A stretch of DNA of 64,000 bases from Macrostomum lignano. Lineage: Eukaryota. The position numbers and the translations under genes are program-made. The notes beneath the pieces are model-generated. The model saw only the letters and a list, made by a program, of their open reading frames with translations. It was not told the origin of the DNA and did no database searches. Below are positions 50,801 through 62,480 of this stretch, piece after piece. The DNA lies in NCBI GenBank assembly GCA_002269645.1, contig NIVC01001488.1:54784-118783 (forward strand), written 5' to 3'. How positions within the stretch are numbered: position 1 is the first letter of the stretch; every line of letters starts with the position of its first letter.

Positions 50801-53800
50801 CTCATCAGGGATGCTGACTGCGTGTTGCATCGCTTGCTGAGACAATATTGGACTTTGTGGGGCAGGGGAAAAACTCCCTAAGTAAAAAGCACCGCTGCTT
50901 GCCCACCTCTGCTGCTCCTCCTCAAGGCGGATGAGGGCCGACTCCAGATCGCTTGAATGGTCTTCATCGCCTCCAGAGCGCAGGCGAGTCTCAGAGTCCA
51001 GCTTGAACTGGTAGCTGTCGTTCTGCAACAGCGGGAGCGCAAATGGGGAAAAAACTGATCAATGCTTGTGCAGCATTGGAATAACTGACCGCAGCCCGCC
51101 AAGTAAAATTTGGATGCCATGGCACCGAATAAAAAACCGCTAGAGAGAGTCCGCGTTTGTTAAATTAAAATAGCTGCGATTGCAGGTTAAATAAGCTGGC
51201 TGTGCATGCAGTTTCTCTGTGCTGCGCGAGACAGGGACAAAAATCACGGCCTAACCCAGTCCCCCACAATACCCCTGCCCCAGTCCCTCACTTTACCCCT
51301 GCCCCAGTCCCCCACTATACCCCTGCCCCAGTCCCTCACTATACCCCTGCCCCAGTCCCCCACAATACCCCTGCCCCAGTCCCCCACTTTACCCCTGCCC
51401 CAGTCCCCCACTATACCCCTGCCCCAGTCCCTCACTATACCCCTGCCCCAGTCCCCCACAATACCCCTGCCCCAGTCCCCCACTATACCCCTGCCCCAGT
51501 CCCCCACAATACCCCTGCCCCAGTCCCTCACAATACCCCTGCCCCAGTCCCTCACAATACCCCTGCCCCAGTCCCCCACAATACCCCTGCTCCAGTCCCT
51601 CACTATACCCCTGCCCCAGTCCCTCACTATACCCCTGCCCCAGTCCCTCACAATACCCCTGCCCCAGTCCCTCACTATACCCCTGACCCAGTTCCTCACT
51701 ATACCCCTGCCCCAGTCCCTCACTATACCCCTGACCCAGTCCCTCACTATACCCCTGACCAGTCCCTCACTATACCCCTGACCAGTCCCTCACTATACCC
51801 CTGCCCCAGTCCCCCACAATACCCCTGCCCCAGTCCCTCACTATACCCCTGACCCAGTCCCTCACTATACCCCTGACCCAGTCCCTCACTATACCCCTGA
51901 CCAGTCCCTCATTATACCCCTGCCCCAGTCCCCCACAATACCCCTGCCCCAGTCCCTCACTATACCCCTGCCCCAGTCCCTCACTATACCCCTGCCCCAG
52001 TCCCTCACTATACCCCTGACCCAGTCCCTCACAATACCCCTGCCCAAGTCCCTGACAATACCCCTGCCCCAGTCCCTCACAATACCCCTGCCCCAGTCCC
52101 TCACAATACCCCTGCCCCAGTCCCTCACAATACCCCTGCCCCAGTCCCTCACAATACCCCTGACCCAGTCCCTCACTATACCCCTGACCCAGTCCCTCAC
52201 AATACCCCTGCCCCAGTCCCTCACTATACCCCTGACCCAGTCCCTCACTATACCCCTGCCCCAGTCCCTCACTATACCCCTGACCCAGTCCCTCACTATA
52301 CCCCTGCCCCAGTCCCTCACTATACCCCTGCCCCAGTCCCTCACAATACCCCTGCCCCAGTCCCTCACTATACCCCTGACCCAGTTCCTCACTATACCCC
52401 TGCCCCAGTCCCTCACTATACCCCTGACCCAGTTCCTCACTATACCCCTGCCCCAGTCCCTCACTATACCCCTGACCAGTCCCTCACTATACCCCTGACC
52501 AGTCCCTCACTATACCCCTGCCCCAGTCCCCCACAATACCCCTGCCCCAGTCCCTCACTATACCCCTGACCCAGTCCCTCACTATACCCCTGACCCAGTC
52601 CCTCACTATACCCCTGACCAGTCCCTCACTATACCCCTGCCCCAGTCCCCCACAATACCCCTGCCCCAGTCCCTCACTATACCCCTGCCCCAGTCCCTCA
52701 CTATACCCCTGCCCCAGTCCCTCACTATACCCCTGCCCAGTCCCTCACTATACCCCTGCCCCAGTCCCTCACTAGATACCCCTGCCCCTAAATGTACAAG
52801 TGCCACGCCACGGAGACAAGTTTTAAAATTTCAATCTATAATAAGAATATTTCTAAAAGCTGCTACTTAGCAGAAAACAGTTAAATCAATAAGATGTTAT
52901 AAAAACATACAGATTATGAAATTAGACCGGTGCAGAATTATTGGTAGACAGCAGCAAACACGGTGCAGAACGTAAATCCGCAACTCCGAGAGGATTATAA
53001 TCGGGTTTGGATAAAACGGACAGCCAAGGTGCTGTTGCTATGGCTACGAAATCAACGTTTGTGCTTTTGTTTTAAACGCAAAAATCAAGCCGTCAGCTTG
53101 GACTCACGCGTTTGCGGTCAGCTTCCTGCTCCATCACCTGAACTTTTGCCTCCATCTCGCTGCACTTTTTCTTGTATTGCAGCACCTTCGCGTAGGTTTG
53201 AAATCATTTTGGGTGATCATTCACCATGGTGACAAGTTAGGCACGGCAACACAAAACAGAATTCGCGCATTATTCGCGTGGATAATGTTAAATCAGCGGT
53301 AGAATGTACTTTTAAACTCCTCATAAGCAAACCCGGCATGCGGCTAAGGCAGCGAATAAACACGGATTAGATTGATTAAAAGTAGTGCAATCTAGCATGG
53401 GACTCTCCCTGCGGCATGCCAAACAGATCAAATCTGCTTCAAGACTTTGATCACCGATTGCTTGAAACTCCGCAGCTGAGTCTTCAGCCGCTGGTTCTCA
53501 AGGTCACTCTCGGACACCTTCTTCTTGTAGGCCAGTACCTAAGTTTTATAGGTCATTGTTGAAAAAGCAAATACACATTCTAATTCTGCACAATACGATG
53601 GCTGAGAATGTGTCCTAAATTTAGTGCCAAATCTTAAACAGATCTTCATCGGGTTTGTGATAGTGGAGCTTAGCTAAAAATGAGTAAATGATGGCAAAAA
53701 AGTCATTCAATTGGTTTTAACTAGTAAACTGCATGTAGTTACAAGTAACCAATTCATAACATATTTAATGCATTTTGTGCTAAGAAATGACAGGAAACCG

Positions 53801-55207
53801 CAAAGGATCCTGGAGGTGATTAGTAAATTAGCAATAATAGGAAGGAGATGCACGGAGGTGGCGCTAAAGGGCGAGCGTGCCGGCAAGCACTGAAATTTAA
53901 CTGCTGCGAAGGCAATAGCGGGGCAATTGATGGGATTGAGGGGATAAAGGAGAACAAAGGGGATGAAGGGAAGAAGAGGGGATGTAGAGGATATAGGGGA
54001 TGGGGGATAGAGGGGATAGAGGGGACTGAGGATGGAGAAAATAGAGGGATAGAAGGCATGGAGGGCATGGAGGGCATGGAGGGGATAGAGGGCATGGAGG
54101 GGATGAAGGGGGCAGAGGAGATAGAGGGCATGGAGGGGATGGAGGGGACAGAGGGGATGGAGGGGATGGAGGGGATAGAGGGCATGGAGGGGATAGAGGG
54201 CATGGAGGGCATGGAGGGGACAGAGGGGATGGAGGGGATGGAGGGGATAGAGGGCATGGAGGGTATGGAAAAGGGGATAGAGGAGGGGATAGGGGGTATA
54301 TAGGAGGGGATGGAGGGATGGAAGGGACAGAGGGGATGAAGGGAACAGAGGGGATGGAGGGGATAGAGGAGGGGATGAAGGGATAGACGGAATAGAGGTA
54401 ACAAATCAGATGCAGGGAGCACAGGTGATATAAGGGAATACATGGGTAACTGAGTCAGCAGTTTCTAGGCAAAGCATTGGTCCAGTGGCGGCACAGGTAA
54501 GCCATAGGCATAGGCATAGAAATACGCCAATCAGACAGACAGGCGGCACTCACCTTGGCCTGCAGTTTCTGCACCAGCTGGGCCTGCCGCTGCTGGCCCT
54601 CCTGGTACGTGGCCAGCTTGCGCTTGTAGCTCTGCTGCTCATCGTCCAGGCGCTTGCGGAGGTCCATGTTCATCTGCATGAGGCCCCTGGAGCCGGGATC
54701 GTCACCGGGGTCCTCGTGCTGCTGGAAAACGGGGGTGGCGAGGTGGCTGGAGTTAGCGGACTCCCGGCAGTAGTCCTCGGGGTCGGAGTTGTCGTAGCCG
54801 CTGTCCGGGCAGGAGGCGGTGCCGATCGATGCGCCAAGAGCGGCGCTGGCGGCTGTGAGGTTCCGGACTGGAATCCGGGGCGCAGCCTGGCTGCTGCAGT
54901 TCTGGCAGCCAAGCAGAGCAGCCTGGCAGCTTTTGTCCTCGCAGGACGGCTGCTTTTGCTGCTGCTTCTGCTTGCTGGTCAAGCACACCTGGGAAACTGC
55001 CTTCTTCATCAACATCGACGTTTCTAATGTCGATGAATGAGCCGACTTGACAGCTGCTTCCATAGCAACAGAGCTAGCAGTTGACGCTAGCAGGCAGTTG
55101 TGAGAAGCGACTCGATTCGAGGAATTGGAGCGGCGCTGCTTGCTGGCCGGGTGCGGCAATTTGTCTGCCGCCTTCTTCACCGGCAGATTTCTAGGCCGAG
55201 CAAACAT
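32845..55207 (-). CDS. CROCC: Rootletin / ciliary rootlet coiled-coil protein (~2,180 aa)
   Basis: Exons (- strand): 55207-54554, [53538-53455 and/or 53185-53108], 51022-50907, 48452-47804, 47324-47067, 46269-46042, 45511-44506, 44360-44191, 43607-43356, 42895-42479, 42176-41862, 40219-39784, 38316-37817, 37639-37460, 37364-37020, 35422-35156, 33709-33398, 33204-32845. All GT-AG with matching phases. Rootletin motifs: [18 protein letters not shown]|[53 protein letters not shown]. The start codon is uncertain. Confidence 0.9.
33780..34470. repeat. 23 bp minisatellite TTATGGCGATTATCTCGGGTAGT
   Basis: Tandem array in a rootletin intron. Confidence 0.95.
35478..36985. repeat. 24/26 bp minisatellite ATGGCACTCT(AT)GTCAGTCTATGTCT
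   Basis: Fills nearly the whole intron. Confidence 0.95.
40224..40345. repeat. 32 bp tandem repeat (~3-4 copies)
   Basis: Unit TGGGTCATTGGGGACTGCTATGAGCCCTTCAC, next to an exon acceptor. Confidence 0.85.
40842..41770. repeat. 18-19 bp minisatellite GAGTCACTGGGTATCTTGA with a 399 bp higher-order duplication
   Basis: ORF-track entries 41028-41261 and 41427-41660 translate identically at a 399-bp offset. Confidence 0.95.
42200..42445. repeat. 22 bp minisatellite TCTGACCGGTTCTCACTGCCTG
   Basis: Fills most of a 302-nt intron. Confidence 0.95.
43690..44130. repeat. ~31-36 bp minisatellite with a GTCACGTGAC palindrome
   Basis: Unit GTCACGTGACGCTCTCAGAGTCATCGAGAAGA, interrupted by a MITE. Confidence 0.9.
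43944..44059. mobile_element. ~116 bp MITE with GGGG-starting imperfect TIRs
   Basis: Left end GGGGCCCGTTCTATAAAGCCATCGTA; right end reverse-complemented GGGGTCGTACTATAAAGCTGTCGTA. No clear TSD. Confidence 0.6.
46395..47010. repeat. 21-23 bp minisatellite ATGGGGCGCCAATGGGAAAATC
   Basis: Intronic tandem array. Confidence 0.95.
47360..47700. repeat. 35 bp minisatellite AAATAATCTCACCCATGAGATTTGATATTGATCTC
   Basis: Intronic tandem array. Confidence 0.9.
48550..49080. repeat. 20 bp minisatellite TTGATTCACATATCTCAGCC
   Basis: Intronic array that decays rightwards. Confidence 0.95.
49900..50490. repeat. ~21 bp G-rich minisatellite GGGGCGGAAGTGATGAGGGT
   Basis: Intronic tandem array. Confidence 0.9.
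51250..52790. repeat. 24 bp minisatellite CCCAGTCCCTCACTATACCCCTGC
   Basis: Array of ~1.5 kb, G-rich on the - strand. Confidence 0.95.
53930..54390. repeat. 9 bp repeat GGAGGG(C/G)AT
   Basis: Intronic tandem array. Confidence 0.9.
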
Positions 55208-58189
55208 CTCAAAGTTTCCCCTGGCTGGCAGGCGGTTCTGCTTTCTCACTAATTCTTCACTCAGCTCGAGTGGTCAAGCTCCATTCGGTTTTGAGAAGTT
55301 TTTTAAACCCCAATTTAAGAGGCAGGAAGCGGGAGGGAACGCGCAGGACTTCCAGTTCGGTGAGAATTCAGAATGGAAAGCTTTTTGCTAATTAGTTAAT
55401 GCAGTGATCGAGTCGGTGAGGGGAGACCCGAGGCACAGGAAGCTGGTGAAATATATATATATGCGGATGTCTGACTGCGGCAATGAAATTCTTATTCTAA
55501 GAAACAGGGCGCGCACAGCACTTACGCGGTAGTCCACGTAGTCAAAACCGTCGTCTGTCATTGCTTAGCAACCGCTTAGCAACGCGTTGCTTAGGGATTA
55601 AAATGGATCAGATTAACTAAAATCGGACGGTGCTACTGAGTTTGGGCAGTGGGAGCGGACCGACCACCTGAGAGGCGAACTGGAGGCTGACAGAAGAAAC
55701 AGAAGTTTGCAGATGATGAAGCAGAAGAAAGACAGAGAGACTGTGGGCGTCTAATATAATAGGGAGGCTGGGGTGGCGGGGGGGCAGCCTTAGGCTCTGT
55801 GCTGCAGAGTATTCGGGCAGTTTGGCAGACAACAGAGCCAAATGGAGGTTAGAGAGCGCGATGGAGATGCGGGAGAGAGAGAGAGAGACAGACAGAGAGC
55901 AAATAGGACCAAGGCACTCGAGCACACGCAAACAGGAGAGGCTTGGCAGGGCCGCAGCCGAGGACGAAGGCAGATACGGTAGGCAGACGGGCGAGAGAGA
56001 GAGAGAGAGAGCGCTTAAAGAGTTCTTCAGTTTTCTTGGCAGCCAAATGACCAGAGAAAACTGCAGGGCGAGCCAGCCCCGGTAGCACCGACTCAAAGAG
56101 CAAAGACCCTTGCACACACACACACACACGCTAAGCAGCCGGTAATAAACGCATCCATCAGGCGATTAGACCCTCTCACCCTCTCTCATCGACCTCTTGT
56201 CCGCCGTTTCAACCCCACCCCACCCCTACCCAACCTCGCAAGCAGAAGCAAACTCAGTCGGGTTTTCAACACTTCGCCGCCGTTCGGTGCTTCGAATCCC
56301 CCCCCTGCACCCCACTTTATAGCATAGCCTAGCCTACACCGTCGCCATGACAACAATGCGCTTACGGAGCTGTGAAACAGGTATAGACACACACAGAGCA
56401 AGCATCGACACTTGCTCCAAGACGGTCCGAAGCAGCAGCAAGGTGGAGAGGGAGACCATAAAGCTCTAAATTAGGTCTCGCATTGCGCTGGCTTGTTCTG
56501 TATGAATTTTCTCGCTACAAGCTGTAAGCTGCATACGCGTATCGCACTCTGTTATCAACCTGCTACCCCACTGTTCCAAGCCTCACCTTGGCGGCAATTG
56601 CAGCGCCAATTTCGCCTCATTAGGTGCCGCAAGCCAAATGAACCGCATAAAAAAATCGGATGAAAAGTTTCGCAAATTTTTATGCCTCCTTGCAATTTTT
56701 TCAGTGCTTAGCAAACTGATGAAGCACCAAATGAGCTTCATAGAGTAGGAAAAGACTGGCCCAGCTTCCAGCTGCCTAAATTTAAGCACGCGATAGCGGC
56801 ATAGATGCAGTAGGCAGCTCTGAGTTGACACGGGCAAACAGTTATTCAATATGCGAGATCGAGCGGCGGCTGCTGCCGTACCCTCACCTGCTTCCCCCTG
56901 CGGCTGGCTGCTCTGGATGGCGAGGAGTGGAGGGGAGGCCGAGAAAACACGGTAACCATGGCAACAGCATGTTGACAGAGCAGCGGCACAGCTGGCATCA
57001 TCGGTGGCGCCTCCACTGGCGAGCAACAAGTTGATATTAGAAGAAAAAGATAAAAAAGTTTTTATTGGAATTGTTGACTCGAGAGAGGCTGCGGCTCTCG
57101 GCCCCGAACCCTAATTGGCGAGAACAGTGAAATTCGATAGGCAAAGCTGTGCTCGAAGCTTCTATGGAATTTCTGCTTGCCTGTCTGGCACGGTGGGAAC
57201 CGCATACAAAACTCTGAAGAGCTTTGAGTCTTTTGGTGTCTGCTCAAATAATTAATCGTCATTTTCTTAAAGAATTATTTTCGCCTGGAGATTCTGCATC
57301 GATGACTTACGGAGAGGCGAGTTCAATTAAGGACATCCAACAAGCCGCTTGTTGAGGAAACATAAGTGAATTTTTCTATCAAGAAAGCTCTGCCATCCGG
57401 TGAATAATGAAAAGTTTTAAAATGACCAGAAAATGACCTGGCGTGTGAAAAATTAACAAAATATCTTCCAACATGTAAATTTTAACAAAACAAATTAAAT
57501 CAAACGAGACCTTGGTGAAATCGAAATAGAAAACAATATTAAAATTGATTTCCGTGTGATAAACTAAAAAAATGCTTCGGCACTACTTACCCAGAGTAGT
57601 GTTCAATAATAGGCTAATATAAATTCTTCAGAGCTGCTCAAAAGCACCTAAACAAAGGTGATTCGATAGACAATAAGAATTTTATATACAGAATTGCTGC
57701 AAAATATGAATGTAACAGAAATGAACACCTGCCAGTTGATCGCAGCCTCCTGCAGCTGCATCTCTTGTTGGCGCTAAATATTGCCAAGCAAGGCACCGCT
57801 AATTCAATGCAAATATTATGCCTGCATAGTACTTGACCCGACTTGGAAACTGCTCGCTGAGGCGCATTGCTTCACTTTCCTTGCTTGCAAGAGAAAATTT
57901 CCTGATTGACTTCATTGCACAAAGCCTTTCTTGACACACTACAGTGATTTCTTAACGCAGTTAGAGCGCAAAAAAGCGGTTACCATGGCAACCAAGTGGA
58001 GGTTTTCTATACCAAGGAAGCATTTCAAAGTCTGGGCAGAAAGTAGGGAAAATCTCGGAAATTTCGAAAGCTGGATTTGGTAATAAAATTCACCCTTGAA
58101 GCTGATATTTGGTGAGATATAAATTTAGGAGGGTGAAATTGGGAATGCTGATTTAGGGACCTTCGAGAGAGGTGCGATGAGAATTTCAT

Positions 58190-59070
58190 GAGGATTAGGG
58201 GTGATAAAATTAGGGATAATGAGGATTAGGGACGATGAGGATTAGGGACGATGAGGATTAGGGACGATGAGGATTAGGGATGATGGGGATTAGGGATGAT
58301 GAGGATTAGGGATGATGGGGATTAGGGATGATGAGGATTAGGGATGATGAGGATTAGGGATGATGAGGATTAAGGAGGATGAGGATTAGGGAGAATGAGG
58401 ATTAGGGACGATGAGGATTAGGGGCGATGAGGATTAGGGAGGATGGGGATTAGGGACGATGAGGATTAGGGATGATGGGGATTAGGGATGATGAGGATTA
58501 GGGAGGATGAGGATTAGGGACGATGAGGAATAGGGATGATGGGGATTAGGGATGATGAGGATTAGGGATGATGAGGATTAAGGAGGATGAGGATTAGGGA
58601 GGATGAGGATTAGGGACGATGAGGATTAGGGAGGATGGGGATTAGGGACGATGAGGATTAGGGATGATGGGGATTAGGGATGATGAGGATTAGGGAGGAT
58701 GAGGATTAGGGACGATGAGGATTAGGGGTGATAAAATTTGGGATAATGAGGATTAGGGATGATGAGGATTAGGGAAGATGAGGATTCGGGATGATGAGGA
58801 TTAGGGACGATGAGGATTAGGGACGATGATGATTAGGGATGATGAGGATTAGGGATGATGAGGATTAGGGATGATGAGGATTAGGGATGATGAGGATTAG
58901 GGACGATGATGATTAGGGATGATGAGGATTAGGGATGATGAGGATAAGGGATGATGAGGATTAGGGATGATGAGGATTAGGGAGGATGAGTATTACGGAT
59001 GATGAGGATTAGGGATGATGGGGATTAGTGGCAATGTGTATTAGTGGCGATGAGGATTAGGGACGATGAT
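58190..59070. repeat. 16 bp minisatellite GAGGATTAGGGATGAT (one TTAGGG per unit)
   Basis: Array of ~0.9 kb. Confidence 0.95.
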
Positions 59071-60509
59071 GATTAAGGGCGAAGTCTTACAGTCGAAAAG
59101 CCAAATGAAAGGTGGACATGTTCTTCTCCCAAAATATAATTGGGATAAACTGAAATTGATCGAGCCGCCCAGTAACTCACACTGTCCGAGTCGATCAAAA
59201 CATCCCCATTGTTATCCTCCAGATCCGGCGGGATCTCGGTCGGGCTGTCCATTCCAGACGATGGCTTCAGTGGGAGTCCCTTCCGCTTATGACTATTGAG
59301 CTGGGTTGCAAAATGAAATTCCTTAGCGATACTCAGCCCAGGTAACGGGGAGTCGGGCGTTAAATACCCCAGCTGTCACGCGGCTGAAATATCCGCCCCA
59401 GGGCTAATCCGCGTATCCGCGCGGAGTTGGGAGGCCGGCTTAGCAACTCCCCATCCCCTTGCACCGGCTTCTCTCCCAGTCCTGCACCCTGCTGGGCCAA
59501 TTCTCCCCTACTTCTAAAAGAGCTAGCGGATGACTGGGCGATTTCAAATCCGCCACCACAGGGAGGCCAGCTTCCCTCTCTCCACAGCTCTTACAAGCCT
59601 CTTCAAGCCTCCGTACTGTCCTGCCCAGTTCTGTGCAACTTTCTTGCTCCCCTGTCCCCATTGGCTGTTCCGCCCTGGCAACCAGAACAGAAGGAGGTGG
59701 GCGGGGGATCGCGGAAGAGGAAAGCGGGGAGCAAGGCTGAGACAAGCAGATGAGGGGAGGATTTTCACTTCGAAGCGGGAGTTCCCAACAAGGGAAATCG
59801 TGAAGCCTAAGCGCCCCCACCCCACCCTAGTGGGGGAGGGCAGCGGGGGTGGGGGCGTTTCCCAGCCTCCGTCTCATCCGCCAAAATGGGGAAAAAATTC
59901 CAACAGGAACATTCACTGGCCCGACTAGCTAGGAAGGGAGTCAAAGGAAGAGACGTGTTTAGTCAGGCAGCACAAGTCTGAGTAGTCAGCTGTGAATAAT
60001 GCGAGAGGCAAGGCCTCCCTCTTTGCTAAAGCATCGCCTGAGAGGATTTTGAAAGACAAGAAATAAAGAATTTGACAAAGGCGGCGGCGGCGGCGGCCGT
60101 GGCGCCAATTCTCAAGCAAAAAACCTGAGCATAGCCTGAGCAGACTTAAGCTGACATATTAGGGCACAACACTGGAGGAGGCATACGGAGAGAAAAGTAA
60201 AGAGAACAGACAGTTCCCCAGCTGCACTGCACCAACAATGCCTCACAAAAATGACTTGCGCCGCCCATGAACCGCTCAAAGCAAACAGAAAGCAGCTGAG
60301 AATTTCACTTTTGCAAGGTTGAAACACCTGAAAGACACAGAATTTCTCGTTTTCAGGCACAGTGCACTGTAATTGGACTGGCAACTAAAAATCATCTAAG
60401 CTTAAGCTAACTCAACTAACTGCAACCTGCATTGGTCACTCTTCTCCCAACTCCACCACCTTAACCCTGAGTCGTCGGCCAACATAAAAGCAGAGAATAT
60501 ATGAGAACC

Positions 60510-61590
60510 TGACCCTGTGTGAACAGCTGGCACTCCAGATTCTGGATCCAGATCACCTTGACCCAGTGTAAACAGCTGGCACTCCAGATTCTGGATCCAG
60601 ATCACGACCCAGTGTGAACAGCTGGCACTCCAGATTCTGGATCCAGATCACCTTGACCCAGTGTGAACAGCTGGCACTCCAGATTCTGGATCCAGATAAC
60701 CTGACCCAGTGTGAACAGCTGGCACTGCAGATTCTGGATCCAGATAACCTTGACCCACTGTGAACAGCTGGCACTCCAGATTCTGGATCCAGATAACCTT
60801 GACCCAGTGTGAACAGCTGGCACTTCAGATTCTGGATCCAGATCACCTTGACCCAGTGTGAACAGCTGGCACTCCAGATTCTGGATCCAGATCACCTTGA
60901 CCCAGTGTGAACAGCTGGCACTCCAGATTCTGGATCATACATGCGCAACCTCCAAAATTCGGTCGGCCATGCGACTTAGTTTTAACAAAAATGCGACGTA
61001 GTTTTTGGCCAAAAATGCGACTTAAATGTAAAAAACCCTAAAGCAAAATTAACGCAACTTTGGGTAAACGGTAGGAGTAACTATGACTGTATTATTAGGT
61101 CAAAATGCCTCGTCAGCTACTTAGTACTACTACTTGGTTATTTTTTCGGGTGGGCATTTTTGCGACTTCCTTGGTTGGCCGCAAAATCGGTCGGCCGGAC
61201 CGGCCGACTCGGCCGACTGTTGCGCATGTATGTTCTGGATCCAGATCACCTTGACCCAGTGTGAACAGCTGGCACTCCAGATTCTGGATCCAGATCACCT
61301 TGACCCAGTGTGAACAGCTGGCACTCCAGATTCTGGATCCAGATCACCTTGACCCAGTGTGAACAGCTGGCACTCCAGATTCTGGATCCAGATCACCTTG
61401 ACCCAGTGTGAACAGCTGGCACTCCAGATTCTGGATCCAGATCACCTTGACCCAGTGTGAACAGCTGGCACTCCAGATTCTGGATCCAGATCACCTTGAC
61501 CCAGTGTGAACAGCTGGCACTCCAGATTCTGGATCCAGATCACCTTGACCCAGTGTGAACAGCTGGCACTCCAGATTCTGGATCCAGATC
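60510..61590. repeat. 49 bp tandem repeat interrupted by a hAT MITE
   Basis: Unit CTGGATCCAGATCACCTTGACCCAGTGTGAACAGCTGGCACTCCAGATT. Confidence 0.95.
60936..61232. mobile_element. 297 bp non-autonomous hAT-type element
   Basis: Perfect 14-bp TIR CATACATGCGCAAC / GTTGCGCATGTATG; 8-bp TSD TTCTGGAT at 60928-60935 and 61233-61240. Confidence 0.9.
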
Positions 61591-62119
61591 AGGCCGGAAT
61601 TCTACTAGAAGAAAGACAAGCCTAGTGCTCAGAGTTGCGCTGGCAGCGCAGAAAATATTTGCTTGCGTCACAATCTAGCAAGCAGGCGGCTGGTCTGCAG
61701 CACGGCTAAATTATTAACCAGGCGAAAAACTGCAACAGTGCGTCAGCAGTCCCAGCCTGCACAGCCTTCGCCCGTTGTCCCACTGCCAAAGGCACGCAAA
61801 CTTCAGTCAGTCGCTCCGCCCCAGTGCCACTGACTTGTTGAAGCGCCAACCAAAACTGCATGCGGGGCGTTGTTTATGATGATGTAAAATATTTTTTGTG
61901 GCAGGAAAATGGCAGCCTGCAGCTGGGAGCCCAGAAATTCTCAGACCAATTTCCGTGTTGAAGTTAGCAACTGTTTTTGGAACAAGTCCACGCGAACAGG
62001 CGCCTTTGCTCAGCAGATCTCTATGGAGACGGGGCGGAAACAGGGGAGAGTTGCTTGGGAGAGGAGACGTGAACAGGTGAAACTAACTTCGGATTGGCAT
62101 CTAGAGACAGGTTGGCATT

Positions 62120-62480
62120 AGAAGTAGATGGGGGGAATCAGGGATAGAAGTAGATTAGGGGAGAAATGAGGGGTAGAAGTAGATTAGGGGGAGAAATGGC
62201 AGATAGAAGTAGATTATGGGGAGAAATGAGGGATAGAGGTAGATGGGAGAAATGAGGATAGAAGTAGATGGGAGAAATGAGGGATAGAAGTAGATGGGAG
62301 AAATGAGGATAGAAGTAGATGGGAGAAATGAGGGATAGAAGTAGATGGGAGAATCAGGGATAGAAGTAGATGGGAGAAATGAGGGATAGAAGTAGATGGG
62401 AGAAATGAGGATAGAAGTAGATGGGAGAATCAGGGATAGAAGTAGATGGAGAAATGAGGGATAGAAGTAGATGGATAGAA
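62120..62480. repeat. 26-27 bp purine-rich minisatellite GATAGAAGTAGATGGGAGAAATGAGG
   Basis: Tandem array. Confidence 0.9.

Noticed and set aside
51202-52806. Pro/His-rich and RDWGRGIV repeat ORFs (also those at 40831-41679, 46392-47048, 53820-54443)
   Set aside because: Intronic minisatellites whose period is or approximates a multiple of 3; open in several frames and both strands.
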